Positions 1 to 11,421 of a DNA stretch of 64,000 nt are shown in pieces. Both the position numbers and the translations under genes were made by a program. A model generated the notes under the pieces. The model searched no databases. It saw only the letters and a program-made list of their open reading frames with translations, and was not told the origin of the DNA. This stretch comes from an uncultured Planctomycetaceae bacterium (GTDB lineage: Bacteria > Planctomycetota > Planctomycetia > Planctomycetales > Planctomycetaceae), in assembly GCA_963813715.1 (NCBI GenBank), contig CAWFAK010000015.1:32001-96000 (forward strand), written 5' to 3'. Every line of letters begins with the position of its first letter. Positions within the stretch are counted from its first letter, which is position 1.

Positions 1-92
1 ACACCGTTGGTTTCGAGTGCCTTGTTCCAGGCGGTCAAATCTTCTTTCGCGCGGCCCAACTGCCGCGAGAGGGTGGCTTCATTCAGCGACAT
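1..92 (-). CDS. Hypothetical protein, 5' part only (runs off the window start)
   Basis: ATG at 92 on the minus strand opens MSLNEATLSRQLGRAKEDLTAWNKALETNG..., open to the edge and divergent from the ADH gene. Confidence 0.5.
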   Translation of the reverse strand, partial: MSLNEATLSRQLGRAKEDLTAWNKALETNG

Positions 93-382
93 GTGCGATC
101 ATTCTTTGCAGTGAATTCGGGAAAGTCGTTCGTGGGATTTCTGGATTGGCCTGACGACCGGAGAAGGTACTCGGTCGAGCCGCGAAAGATTGCGTAGACC
201 GGACGGATCCAAAACCGTAATCCGGAACCGCGGTCTTCAAAATTCGCCCGTCTTGCGGCAATCGGCCCGCCCGATTCCGCGCCCAATTCTTGCAAGTTCC
301 GGCAGAATCTTCAACGGGTGTTCCCAGGCGGCTGCGATCGGCTTTTTTCGCCACTCGGATCGCGCAAGCGAAGCATTGACTC

Positions 383-1498
383 ATGAACGAGAAGGGCCTC
401 GTCGCGGCATTCACGGGCGTTCGCAGGCCCTTCCAGCTGCGCGAATTCCCGGTGACGGAGCCGGAACCCGGGACGATCCTGGTTGAAGTCCGGCTGGCCA
501 ACGTCTGCGGGAGCGACCTCCACATTTGGCGTGGCGAGTACGACGTCTCGCGCGGGCAGTCGGAGCCGTTCTGCCTGTCGATCGGCCACGAAATGGTCGG
601 ACGGATCGCCGCCTTGGGCGAGGGCGTGACGCAGGACTTTGCGGGCCAGCCGCTACGCGTCGGCGACCGAGTGGCGTATCAGTACTTCTGTCCCTGCGGC
701 GAGTGTCGCAGCTGCCGCAAAGGCACGACCCCCCGTTGCCGGCAGGGCCTGCGGTACCGCCTGCCGCCGACGGAACGGCCACACTTTAACGCCGCCTACG
801 GACAGTATTATTACGTGCGGCAGTCGCAAGCCGTCTTCAAAGTGCCGGACAACGTACCCGACGTGCTGGCCGGCCCAGCCAACTGCGCCTTGTCGCAGGT
901 GATCGACGGACTGGAGCGGGCCGGTGTGGGACCGGGCGACACGCTCGTCGTTCAGGGGGCCGGAGGTCTGGGCATCAACGCGGTGGCCGTCGCCAAGGAA
1001 CGGGGCGTGACGCAGGTGATCGTGATCGATGGGATCGAGTCACGTCTGGCGCTGGCGATCGAATTCGGCGCCGACGTCACGATCGACCTCAACGAATTCA
1101 AGACGCCGGCGGCACGCGTGGCGCGGGTCCGCGAGCTGACGGACGGCGAGGGGGCCGACGCCGTGATGGAACTCGTCGGGTCGGCCGCGATCGTCGCCGA
1201 GGGAATCGAGATGCTGTGCAGCGGCGGCGTGTATCTGGAAATCGGCAACGTCAACCAGCGGCTGGCCTGCGAATTCAATCCCGCCTCACTCGTCCACGGT
1301 GGGAAAACGATTTTGGGACTGATGTGGTATCGGCCGGAGAGTCTGCAACAGGCGCTACAATTATTGAGCAAACGGGCCGATCGCTATCCGTTTCACAAAC
1401 TCCTCTCGCACCAATATCCGCTGTCGGCGATCGACGACGCCTTTCGAGACCAGAACGCGGGGGTAGTGCACCGAGCCGCGTTGCTGCCCTGGGGCTGA
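383..1498 (+). CDS. Zinc-dependent alcohol dehydrogenase (MDR family)
   Basis: CGSD, GHE, structural-Zn motif CGECRSC...C and GAGGLG Rossmann motif; 371 aa. Confidence 0.93.
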   Translation: MNEKGLVAAFTGVRRPFQLREFPVTEPEPGTILVEVRLANVCGSDLHIWRGEYDVSRGQSEPFCLSIGHEMVGRIAALGEGVTQDFAGQPLRVGDRVAYQYFCPCGECRSCRKGTTPRCRQGLRYRLPPTERPHFNAAYGQYYYVRQSQAVFKVPDNVPDVLAGPANCALSQVIDGLERAGVGPGDTLVVQGAGGLGINAVAVAKERGVTQVIVIDGIESRLALAIEFGADVTIDLNEFKTPAARVARVRELTDGEGADAVMELVGSAAIVAEGIEMLCSGGVYLEIGNVNQRLACEFNPASLVHGGKTILGLMWYRPESLQQALQLLSKRADRYPFHKLLSHQYPLSAIDDAFRDQNAGVVHRAALLPWG

Positions 1499-1539
1499 GC
1501 GGCGAGTGAATTGAGCGACCCGACCGGGAACCCGAGGCC

Positions 1540-1911
1540 ATGGCACGCTGCGAACAAGGCTATCTCTGCGACGTCTGCGGGGACGAGGTGCACGACATCA
1601 CCGAAAGCGACCTCTATCTCCGCTTTGTCAGTGGTGCGATCGACTCGACGGCCCTGCTTTCTGCCTCCGAGCGCCACATCCGCTGCAATCCGGTCGACGC
1701 GCAGTTCATTGTCGATCCGGCGTTTGAGCCGGTGGTTGTCGAAGGCCCCTTTGCCAAAGGGAATCTCGACCCGGCCGACGTCCGTCGACGAGAGGATCTG
1801 TACACGCGAGGCTGGCGACGACTGCAGGAGCTGCAACTGCTCGGCATCCCAGTGGCCGATTATCCCCTGCCCGAGGTGCTGGCAGCCGCGGCCAAACGTC
1901 GAGCGCGGTGA
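1540..1911 (+). CDS. Hypothetical protein with a possible Zn-binding motif
   Basis: GAGG RBS before ATG; CEQGYLCDVC...HIRC; coding-like codon usage. Confidence 0.75.
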   Translation: MARCEQGYLCDVCGDEVHDITESDLYLRFVSGAIDSTALLSASERHIRCNPVDAQFIVDPAFEPVVVEGPFAKGNLDPADVRRREDLYTRGWRRLQELQLLGIPVADYPLPEVLAAAAKRRAR

Positions 1912-1971
1912 TTGTGCATTCGGATCGGAAACAGCGCTTCAACAGCGTGAAAAATCATTTTTTTCGAGACC

Positions 1972-2162
1972 ATGAGCAAACGACGGCGCGGTTTCCCCTC
2001 AGAAACCCAGGTCAAGTGCGGCGACCGGGTCGTCCGCGGTGACTGCTGGAAGAAAGGCTCGGCCGAAACGATCGCTGCCCCTGCGGTTCCGGCAAGCGGT
2101 TCAAGAAATGTTGTCTGAAGCGAGGGGCTTTTGACGGCGTTAACCGCGACCACTACTTTTAG
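1972..2162 (+). CDS. Small SEC-C motif protein (frameshift near 2043)
   Basis: [15 protein letters not shown]... then, in another frame, [19 protein letters not shown]...HYF*; canonical SEC-C motif; absent from the ORF track. Confidence 0.8.
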
Positions 2163-2177
2163 GCCGAAGTGAGAGCG

Positions 2178-2212
2178 AGCCTCTCTGATCATGAGATCCG
2201 AGGGGCTTTTTT
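2178..2212 (+). terminator. Putative intrinsic terminator
   Basis: Stem AGCCTCTC-GATC / GATC-GAGGGGCT followed by a T run, just after the SEC-C gene. Confidence 0.6.
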
Positions 2213-2357
2213 GCCATTTCGGCAAGCCTCGAGTGCGGTCAGCGCCTTGCCGAAGTGAGTGGCAGCCTCTGCTCCCGTTGCAAGGTGATTTTCGGGCCGT
2301 TACCTTGGTTTCGGCCTTAACAAATCGCACACAGTCCCCGGCGCTCGCAGCCCAAAC

Positions 2358-2927
2358 ATGATCCTCAGCGGAAACGAGATTCGGGCGCGGCTGAACGGGG
2401 ATATCGTTATCGATCCCTTCCAGGAAGAGCAGCTCAACCCCAACAGCTACAACCTGAGGCTGCATAACGAGCTGTTAGCCTACGAGGAAATTGTCCTCGA
2501 TATGCGCCGGCCGAATCGCTTTCGGCGGCACGTGATTCCGCCCGAAGGGCTGGTGCTCGATCCCAATCGGCTCTATCTGGGGCGGACGATCGAGCGGACC
2601 GAGACGCACAACCTGGTGCCGATGCTAGAGGGACGCTCGTCGATCGGCCGGCTGGGTCTGTTCGTGCACGTGACGGCCGGCTTCGGCGACGTCGGCTTCT
2701 GCGGCTACTGGACGCTCGAGATGTTCGCGGTCCACCCGGTGCGGATTTACGCGAACGTGCAGATCGCCCAGATCTTCTATCATACGGTCGAGGGCGAGGT
2801 GACCGAGTACCACAGCGAGAAGTATCAGAACAACCGCGACATCCAACCAAGCTTGCTCTTCAAAGAAATGGAGTCGCTGGAAGACCGCCAGATGCGGCTG
2901 GCATTCGGCCAGGAACGTGCCGAGTGA
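2358..2927 (+). CDS. dcd: dCTP deaminase
   Basis: MILS..., LNPNSYNLRL, EGRSSIGRLGL, TAGFGDVGFCG.WTLE, KYQ motifs. Confidence 0.95.
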   Translation: MILSGNEIRARLNGDIVIDPFQEEQLNPNSYNLRLHNELLAYEEIVLDMRRPNRFRRHVIPPEGLVLDPNRLYLGRTIERTETHNLVPMLEGRSSIGRLGLFVHVTAGFGDVGFCGYWTLEMFAVHPVRIYANVQIAQIFYHTVEGEVTEYHSEKYQNNRDIQPSLLFKEMESLEDRQMRLAFGQERAE

Positions 2928-3445
2928 ATCGCGACGGCCGCGCGGCTCATGTGCGCGTCGAAAAGATCGTGAGCGGCGGGCAAACGGGTGTCGACCGGGC
3001 CGCGCTCGACGTCGCGCTGGGGATGGGCCTCAATTGCGGCGGCTGGTGCCCGAAAGGCCGCCGCGCCGAAGACGGGCCGATTCCCAACCGCTACCCGCTC
3101 GTGGAAACAAGCTCAGCCACCTATTCCCAGCGGACGAAGCGCAACGTCCGAGACTCCGACGCCACGCTCATTCTGTGCTGCGGCCCGCCGCGCGGCGGCA
3201 CCTTGCTCACGCAGCGGACGGCCGACGAGCGGAACAAGCCGTGCTTGCTGGTCGACCTGGACGCGCGCGCGGCCGTGGACACGATCCGCGCGTGGCTGAG
3301 CGAACAGCCGATCCGCATCTTGAACGTGGCCGGCCCGCGCGAAAGCCAGTCCCCGGGCATCACGCTGCAGGCGACTCGCGTCTTGCACGAGTGCCTGACG
3401 AGTCCGCCCACGCTCCCAACCACGGCGAGCGAAAAGCGAGGTTAA
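2924..3445 (+). CDS. Putative molybdenum-cofactor carrier-like protein (SLOG fold)
   Basis: KIVSGGQTGVDRAALD, GGWCPKGRRAEDG, RT..NVRDSDATL, LNVAGPRES; GTGA overlap with dcd. Confidence 0.88.
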   Translation: MNRDGRAAHVRVEKIVSGGQTGVDRAALDVALGMGLNCGGWCPKGRRAEDGPIPNRYPLVETSSATYSQRTKRNVRDSDATLILCCGPPRGGTLLTQRTADERNKPCLLVDLDARAAVDTIRAWLSEQPIRILNVAGPRESQSPGITLQATRVLHECLTSPPTLPTTASEKRG

Positions 3446-3530
3446 TCGGCCACCTCGTGTTGCCGTGTGGGTAACTGTCGCCTCGACGTTTTTCCTCAGC
3501 GAAAGGCAGTCGAGCGCGTGCTCGCGCACA

Positions 3531-5272
3531 TTAAGCGGGCGGTTGAGCGCTCGGTTTCGGCTTCGGGAGGCTCGCCGTCGGCAGCGTCAGGCGAAAGATC
3601 GCCGATTCGCCCGGCTTGGAATCGCAGGTGAGCGTGCCGCCGCAGCCTTCGACGATCGAGCGGCTGATCGGCAGCCCCAGGCCCAAACCACTCGACTTGG
3701 TGGAGTAGAAGCGATCGAAGATCTTAGGCAAATCGTCGGCGGCGATGCCGGGGCCGTTGTCGGCGACGACCACCTCCGCCTGTCCGTCAGCCGTCAACTG
3801 CGTGGTAATCGTGATGCGGGGGGACTCAAGCATGAATTCTGAGACGGCGTGGATGGAGTTGGAGAGCAGGTTGACGAGCACCTGCGTGATCTGCACGCCG
3901 TCCGCTTCGACGGGCTGCAGGTCGTGGTCGGGTCGCAACGTGACCGACACTCCGTGGTGCCGCCGCTCCAGCCGCGTGAACTGCAGCGCGTCGGCAACGA
4001 TGGTGTTGAGGTTGACCAGTTCGCGCTCCGGCTCGCGGCGACGGATGAATTCGCGGATGCGGCGCAGCACCTCGGCCACGCGCATCGACTCGGCCGCGAT
4101 CTCGCGGAGCCGGTCTTTGAGCGCGCCGACGGTCAGCTGCCCTTTCTTCAGGCGCCGCAGGCTGCCGTTGGCGTAATTGGCGATGACGCCCAGTGGCTGA
4201 TGGATCTCGTGGGCCATGTCGGCCAGGAGCTCGCCCATCACGCTTAACCGGGCGGCGTGGTCGAGCCGCAGTTGCACGTCGCGGACCTGTTCTTCGGCTT
4301 TCTTTAGCTTCGACAATTCGATGACGAAGAAGACGGTTTCGTCGCCATCGGGTTCCAAGAGCGCCCCGCCGAGGAGCACCGGCACCCGGCTGCCGTCTTT
4401 GCGGAAATATTCCTTTTCCCACGGCGTCACTCGGCCCATGCGCCGCAGCTCTTCGTTGCCGCGGACATTCCCCTCCACCCATTCGGCAGGCGTCATCAGG
4501 TCCCAGCGCAGGGGAGATCCTTGCGCGAGTAGCCGGTCATCTCCAAAAAAGCGTCGTTGGCGTCGTGGATGGTGCCGTGGACGTCGGCGAAGATCACGCC
4601 GACGATATTCGCCTCAAACAGGCGGCGGAACCGCAAGTTGGTTCGCTCAAACGCCGCTTCGACCTGCTTACGCTGCTCGATCTCGCGCTCGAGGTTCTCG
4701 ACGGATCGCGAGAGTTCGGCCGTGCGCAACTGGACGTTTTGCGCCAGCTCCGCCTCGCTGCGCTTCAGTTCGATTTCCGCCAGCTTGCGCTCGGTGATGT
4801 CTTCGGCCAGCCCCACCAGTCGATCGAGTTCCCCCTCCGCGCCCTTGATCGGCGAGACAACGCTGCGCAGCCAGCGGATCTCGCCGCCGGCCGTGATGAT
4901 GCGATACTCCATTTCGACCCGGCCGCGGATCCGGCCCGAGGCGCGATCGCCGACGGTTTCGCGGACGATGTCCCGATCGTCGGGATGGACCAGGCGCGTC
5001 CACGCCAGCAGGTCGTTCGACAGCGTGTCGCGCGAGTAGCCGGTGACCCGCTCGAACGCCGGGCTGACGTAATAGGCCCGGTTCCAGTCGGCCGAAATCA
5101 GAAACAGGATCTGTTCGAGCGACTCGACCAGGTCATGGATTGTCGATTGCTCGTCGCTCCGCGGGCGAGGCGCTGCGACTGGGCCATTGCCATTATCGTT
5201 GTGGGAGCCAGTGCCGTCGGCCGCTTCGATCTCTGTGGGGGAGACGGATGTTAGGTTTTTGAGGGGCGGCAT
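3531..5272 (-). CDS. PAS-domain sensor histidine kinase (frameshift near 4500)
   Basis: Two PAS/PAC domains, H-box MAHEIHQPL, N-box QVLVNLLSN, DNGPG and GLGLGL; joins ORFs 4496-5272 and 3531-4496. Confidence 0.9.
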
Positions 5273-6520
5273 GTCTCAATCTCCGCCTGCCACGCCTCGT
5301 AGGCGTCGGCTCGGGCCGGGTCGAGCACGGGCAAATTGCCCGCGGGGAAGAGGTGCGTGTATTTCAAGCCTGTCCCCGTATTGTAGAGGACGATCCGCTC
5401 GCCGGGCTTAATCCAACCCTGATCGGCCAGGCGTTTTGCCGCCGCCCAAACGGCCCCCGCTTCCGGACACACGAAATTGCCCAGCATTTGCGACATTTCC
5501 CGCGTGCCCGCCAAGAGTTCCGCGTCCGAGACAGCGATGGCCGTCCCGTGACTGTCGCGTAGGGCCGTGAGCATGAGGAAGTCGCCGATGGCGGCCGGGA
5601 CCCGCAGGCCCGAGGCGACGGTTTGCGCATTGGGGAACGGCTCGGCGTGTGTCAGCCCCTGCTCGAAGGCCCGCACGATCGGCGCAGTGTTCGGCCTGGA
5701 CGGCGACCATTCGCGGCCGCTCGGAACCGATCCAGCCGAGTCGCTGCATCTCGTCAAAGGCTTTCCACATGCCGATCAGTCCGGTGCCGCCGCCGGTGGG
5801 ATAAAAGACGACGTCGGGGAGGGCCAGTCGGCCGGTGGCCTCGTCGGCGCAGTCGAAGGCGAGCTCGTAGCCCATCGTCTTCTTGCCCTCCACGCGAAAG
5901 GGCTCTTTCAGCGTGGACAGGTCGAACCAGCCGAGCTGGTCGCACGCTTTGCGAATCAATTTGCCGCAGTCGCTGATCAATCCCTTGACCAGTCCGACCT
6001 GGGCCCCAGCGACGACCGCCTCAACCACGTTGGCTGCCGGCGTGTCTTCGGGCATTAGCACGAAGCACGATAGACCGGCACGGGCGGCGTAGGCGGCTGC
6101 CGCTCCTCCCGCGTTTCCGGCCGAGGGCAGGGCGACGGTCGTGGCGCCGAGCGCCTTGGCCCGCGTGATGGCGGCCGCCATGCCCCGGGCCTTAAAGCTG
6201 CCCGTCGGGTTGAACGACTCGTCCTTGACGAACAGCCGACGAAAATTAGCCAGCGGCCCGCAGCCGCGCACCGGCAACAGAGGCGTCATCCCTTCGCCCA
6301 GCGAGACGGCCTCCTCGCGGCGATCGATGGGGAGCACCTCGGCGAACTTCCAGAGCGATCGCTCGCTCCGCCGCCGCACGACGTCCGGAGTAAACGTGGC
6401 GGCCAGCTTTTCGAGGTCATATTCCGCGAGCAAGGGGCGCGAGCAAACCTCGCAGACGTTCTGCAATCGATCGATGGCATGCGCGCGCCCGCAGACCGCG
6501 CATTTCAAAGCAGTGTGCAC
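5251..6520 (-). CDS. thrC: Threonine synthase (frameshift near 5690)
   Basis: SLGEGMTPL, NPTGSFKARG (PLP lysine), SAGNAG, EGKKTMGYE, PTGGGTG and C-terminal NTGTGLKY. Confidence 0.92.
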
Positions 6521-6841
6521 GGGGTTTGGCTCCTCCGGTCCACAATCGAAACCATTACTCTAGCAGCACCCGAGCCCGAATGACTCGATTGCTCCGACGC
6601 GATCTTACCAGGCGGCCTAGGCATTCATTGGTGATCGGAGTGGGGCCGGTGCTCAGAGTGGTGAAGGAAGAAATCGCTTCCTTGCATCGATGCATTCACC
6701 CCTTTCGGGGTTCACGCAAGCGAGTGCGAGAGGAGCGCTGCCGTTTGGCGCCCCAGCTGCTGTTTTGTTTGATTGCCCACAAATCTCATGTGATGAAAGT
6801 AACATTTTCCCATTTTTTTTGGGCACAACGAGTTTTTTGGC

Positions 6842-6868
6842 ATTTTTGCCAGGGCAAAAATATTGACC
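6842..6868 (+). promoter_or_regulatory. Inverted repeat plus -35-like box upstream of the first DUF1559 gene
   Basis: ATTTTTGCC-AG-GGCAAAAAT followed after 1 nt by TTGACC, in an AT-rich intergenic region. Confidence 0.35.
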
Positions 6869-6998
6869 GTCAAATTTTCAGCAGCTCTGATAGGTGGCGT
6901 CGTGATTGAAAGCCCGTTTGGGCGATGCTGGCTTTGAATTTTCCGCTGGTCCAGCGCCAGCACCGGGAGTCGTTGTCTTTTGTGAATAGGGGACTGTC

Positions 6999-8287
6999 AT
7001 GCCAAGAAAGAGAAAGTCGGGGTTTACACTGATCGAGCTCTTGGTGGTGATCGCCATCATCGCCGTCTTGATTGCGCTTTTGTTGCCGGCTGTTCAGGCC
7101 GCACGCGAGGCGGCTCGCCGCACCCAGTGCCGTAACAACCTCAAGCAGATGGGAATTGCCGAGCACAACTACCACGACGTCGCCAATTCGTTCACGCCAG
7201 CGGTGACCTACTCCCCGTTTACTTATTGGCCCGTTTGTTCGTGTTGCGGGAAGTACAAAAAAGGCTGTCCCTACAATATCAACCCTTGCTGCCCTGCGTA
7301 CCAAGGGCTGTATATCTTCAACTCGGATTTCCACTTCTGGGGCGAAAAGCTGCTTGCGTTCTCGGACGCAAACACGGTCTACAGCAGGATCAACATGAAC
7401 GTTTGGATGGAGCCGCCGTGCTGTGGCTCCGGATTTAATGCGCCGCCTTGCGGCCCGGGGTGTTATTTCAAAAAGTGTGGCGTCAACGTGAGTTGCCCGA
7501 ACAGGGATGCCTGCGCAGCGAGTCGCCCGGGCGCAGCCGTGATCCCCATGTTCATTTGTCCTTCTTCTCCGCGAACAACTAATCCGTTTGTCGAGATCCA
7601 GGAATTCCTCTGCCCATGCGTCTACCCCACATTTCCAAAATGTCTCCTCTTCCCGCAGCTCTCGGCGCCAGCGACTACGCCCCGGGATCAGGCTACGGCC
7701 ATTTTACGGGGCTTGATAATGCGTACTTGCTGCTGAACAACGGGCAGCAGCAGGCGAGCACGATTGGGCCATTGAACCTCTTCGAACAACAAGTCGGGAT
7801 CGACAAGATCACCGACGGCACGTCCACGACAATCTTGATTGCCGAGCTGGCCGGCCGGCCCCAGTGGTGGATCCGCGGCAAACGGGCGGACGGCGGCCCA
7901 TGTCTCTACGGTGCCCCTTTCGCAAATTCCAGTTTCAGGTGGGAAGGCTTCATCAACAGCAATTTTGGCGGCTGCTGGTCGTGCTTCCAGAACGGCTACA
8001 TGGAGATGGAAGGGTCGAACTTCAGCGGCACGTACATTTCGGGGTACCAACCAACCAATACAAGCCCCCCATATGGTCTCTACGTGGCCGCCCCGGGATC
8101 GCCGGTCTGCATGATCAACTGCGTCAACGGCTGGGGGCTCAACTACTACAGCTTCCATCCGGGCTCTTGCAATTTCCTGTTCTGCGACGGCTCGGTGCAC
8201 AGTCTCAGCGAGAACATCAGCATCAATACCTTGGCCCGGCTGATGACGTATCGCGGCCGTGCCGCCGTCACCGATTCTTCGTTCTAG
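6999..8287 (+). CDS. Cys-rich DUF1559 prepilin-type protein with C-terminal H-X9-DG motif (frameshift near 7665)
   Basis: [53 protein letters not shown]; about 25 Cys by my count. Confidence 0.93.
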
Positions 8288-8413
8288 CAAACTTCGGTCG
8301 ATGACGTTGGGACTTCTGCCGCCGCCGGCGCGCGAAACCCGCCCGGACTGGCGGCAGAATCTTTTCCCGACCCAATCGCTCATTTCTTGATACCGGGAAT
8401 TGGAGAACTTCGC

Positions 8414-9037
8414 ATGTGTTTCCCAGTGCGCCGCGCGCCGCAACGGCTGCTTATGAGTGTCGCGGCATGTCTTTTCCTTCTGGCCGCCTTCCCAGGATGT
8501 AACGAAAGCCAACTCGACCATGCCGCTGATGAGCAAGCGAAGGAGATCGGGTTCGCCAAGCAGAAATTGGCGAAGCTAGTCGGCCGCGTGACTGTCGACG
8601 GACAACCGCCTGCAGGAGACACGTCTCTGGTTGTGATCTTGAACGATCCCGAGCACCTCGGTGCGACTGCCAACGGCAAACGTCCCCAAGTGTTCAGCGT
8701 TTGCAGCGGCCAGGGGGACTTCGCCATCATGACGAAACCGGGGAAGTACATCGTCACGTTTGTGCAGCTCCATCAGGCCGAAATCCCACGCGGCACCAGA
8801 CCGGCTGGAAGGGGACTAGGCCCCAGCGGCCCAATGAGCCGGGGGAATCTCCTGCCACCAGACGAGCTCAAGAACCTTTACAACGATCCCGACAAGAACG
8901 CGAAAGAAGAGAAGTTCAAACTGGATTTGAAACTTCCCGGCCAGGAAGATTATCAAGTTGACTTGGCAGTCACGGGGAAGGAGCCGGTCGAAACGCCCGG
9001 CCACAATGCAGTGACGCTGCTCATGTCTCGCGGATGA
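8414..9037 (+). CDS. DUF1559-associated lipoprotein (carboxypeptidase-regulatory-like fold)
   Basis: GGAGA RBS, lipobox FPG-C, GRVTVDGQP, PGKYIV, DELKNLYNDPDKN. Confidence 0.8.
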   Translation: MCFPVRRAPQRLLMSVAACLFLLAAFPGCNESQLDHAADEQAKEIGFAKQKLAKLVGRVTVDGQPPAGDTSLVVILNDPEHLGATANGKRPQVFSVCSGQGDFAIMTKPGKYIVTFVQLHQAEIPRGTRPAGRGLGPSGPMSRGNLLPPDELKNLYNDPDKNAKEEKFKLDLKLPGQEDYQVDLAVTGKEPVETPGHNAVTLLMSRG

Positions 9038-9105
9038 GCGCGTCTCGGGAACGGGCGACGGGGCGATCCCTCATCGAAAGCCTTAAACCGGCCGGAGGAA
9101 ATCGC

Positions 9106-9678
9106 TCACGCGGAGGCCGGCGGCGGATCGTCTTCCAAGAGCGTCAGCGTGCGGATGCGATGTTCGGCAGCTTCCTGTTCCCACAGATGGCGGACGCGGT
9201 TGAGGCCGAACGTGCAGAGCTCGAATTCCTCGCTCAGTCGGCGGAGGATCGGCGCTTCGCGGTCGTAGGGCTTTTCGTCGAACGTGCTCGCCAGGTAGTA
9301 GGAGCGCTTCCCCTGCACAAAGTAGTCGACAAGGTGGTCCTGGCGGTCGGGCGATTGCATCGGCGAGAGCGCCTCGGGATAAACGCCCGCCCAGAAGAGG
9401 GTGAAGTCGCCGATGTGGCGATAGACCTCGCGCTGCGGATTCGATTGGCGCTGTTCCGCCTCGGCCATCATTTCGGCGACTTCGTGCAGGCGGCGTCCGC
9501 GGGGATCGCGGACTTTGAAGATCGCGTCCATGCGAACAAAGCGAAACAGCAGATCGACCAAGTAATCGATCAGGGGTGGATCGGCGAGGCCCAAGTCGAC
9601 CTCGAAGGTATGTTCGGTGGTTGCGGCGAAGACGCGGCGGAGCGAATCGCCGTCGGCAAGAACGGGCTTCATTCTCAC
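9106..9678 (-). CDS. Hypothetical protein
   Basis: 190-aa ORF with RBS and natural composition (DYLVDLL..., RHIGDFTLFWAG.YPE). Confidence 0.8.
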   Translation of the reverse strand: MRMKPVLADGDSLRRVFAATTEHTFEVDLGLADPPLIDYLVDLLFRFVRMDAIFKVRDPRGRRLHEVAEMMAEAEQRQSNPQREVYRHIGDFTLFWAGVYPEALSPMQSPDRQDHLVDYFVQGKRSYYLASTFDEKPYDREAPILRRLSEEFELCTFGLNRVRHLWEQEAAEHRIRTLTLLEDDPPPASA

Positions 9679-9886
9679 TCCCTGCTGATCGATTCCTTTC
9701 CGCTGGCTCGGGCGCGACTGCGAGTGGATGAATCTGGGTTGAAATGGGCCCGCGCTCGGCCGCTTCGTCCGGCCTGCGACGTCTTAAATCAATTCTAGCC
9801 GCTGAACGCACCCCGCGTGGGGAGTCGGTTGCAAGTTTTTTCGGCCAAACGAACGCCATGATTGTCGCCGATCGCCGCGTTGGTCC

Positions 9887-10941
9887 TCAGGTCGCTGCCG
9901 CTTCCTCGAAGGGTCCGGGCGTCCTCCAGAAGCCGCACAGCACAATGCCGAATTCGTAGAGGATGACCAGCGGCACGAACAACAGGGCCATCGACCCCAT
10001 GTCGCCGCCGGGATTGACGACCATCGAGGTGACGGCCATCACGAAGATCGCCAACCTCCGCCGCGACCGGTAATCGCTCACGCTGAAGATGCCGATCCGC
10101 TCGAGAAACAGCATGATCAGCGGGAGCTGAAAACAAATGCCGAACATGAGCGGCAGAAGGATAACAAAACTCACCCATTCGGAAAGGCGAATTGTCGGGA
10201 CGACGCCCAGCCAGCTGTTGTAGCTGAGCAGAAAGTCGAGCAAGAGCGGCAGCGCCAGGAAGAAGCAAAAGAACACGCCGCCCAGAAACAGCCCCAGGCT
10301 CAGCGGCAAGTAGACATGCACGTAGCGTCGCTCGTGTGGATAAAGTCCAGCCGCCACGAACTGCCACATCTGGTAGAAGATCCAGGGGCTGGCGAAGACG
10401 ATCGCGCTCACCAGCGAGACCTTGATATACATCATGAACGCCTCCTGGACGTTGAGCGTGACGGGGCGACTCGCTTGCTCGGTCGTCTGGCGGAAATCGC
10501 GAAATTCGGCCGCCGATAGGGGGATCGACACTGCCTTTTCGCCCTCGGCCGCGGGCGTCTCGGGATACCGCTTGGGATCGGCCGCGTGCAGCGCGTGGAC
10601 CAGGTCGCTCGGCTTCACGTGGACTTGAATCGTGGTCTGGTCGGTGGGGGGCGGCGGAGGAGGGGCGCTTCTTGCTGAATTTCCTTCGACTTGCTGAACC
10701 ACCCCGTGACCTGCGTCCAGAAGGTGGTGGTCTCCTCCTCGTTATAGAGCTTGTTGCGCTGTAGGGCCCGATCGATGGGCTGGCGAATGACGGCGACCAG
10801 GTAGTTGCCCCAAATGAGCGTGCAGATGCTGACGAGCACGAGGCCGATAATCGCCTTGAAGAGATGGATCCGCAGCGCTTCGAGGTGCTCCCCGAAGGTC
10901 ATCGTGGTCTCGTTGAAGAGATCTTTCGACTCGTTGGGCAT
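9887..10941 (-). CDS. tatC: Twin-arginine translocase subunit TatC (frameshift near 10680)
   Basis: MTFGEHLEALR, EAFMMYIK, YQMWQFVAAGLYPHER, FGICFQLP, LYEFGI. Confidence 0.93.
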
Positions 10942-11370
10942 CGCGTCGTCCTTCTCGTCGTCTGTCCGTTGTCACGGGTCGTGGCCCGCCGGCTCGCCGC
11001 AGGCGGTTCACCGACTGGACCAGCCGCGCGTCGCCAGGGCGAAGCGGGCGCGCGCCGCTGGGCGACTTGTTTGGGAACGGCCCGGGGCGACTCCGCGCTC
11101 GTCAGCCGGCGCGCCGCTCCTTTTCATCGGAGCGATCGGACGGAATCACCGGCAGGCGGCCGGGGCGATGGCAGGCAGCGCGAGCGCCGGCCTGCGACCG
11201 TAACCACTCGGTTCGCCCGCACAAGAGGGCAGGAGAGAAGAGCGGTAAGCTCAAGCTGTATTCTAATCTCGGCCTGCACCCGGTCAACTTTCGGACGAAT
11301 GCTCGCGAGGCAGCACCGGGACCTAGGGGCCGGCGCGGTCGCCCAGCGGCGAGTTTTTTTACACTCGCGC

Positions 11371-11421
11371 TTGACGGCCTCTTCAGGTCACGGTACTGAT
11401 ATTCTGATCATCATCAGAATA
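11371..11421 (+). promoter_or_regulatory. Putative promoter and palindromic operator upstream of the DUF1559-PhyH-ArsI-ArsR cluster
   Basis: TTGACG at 11371 and perfect inverted repeat TATTCTGAT-catc-ATCAGAATA at 11400-11421. Confidence 0.55.

Noticed and set aside
3531..10941. Programmed frameshifting or pseudogenes in the kinase, thrC and tatC
   Set aside because: No shared slippery motif; the high indel density across unrelated genes points to sequencing error
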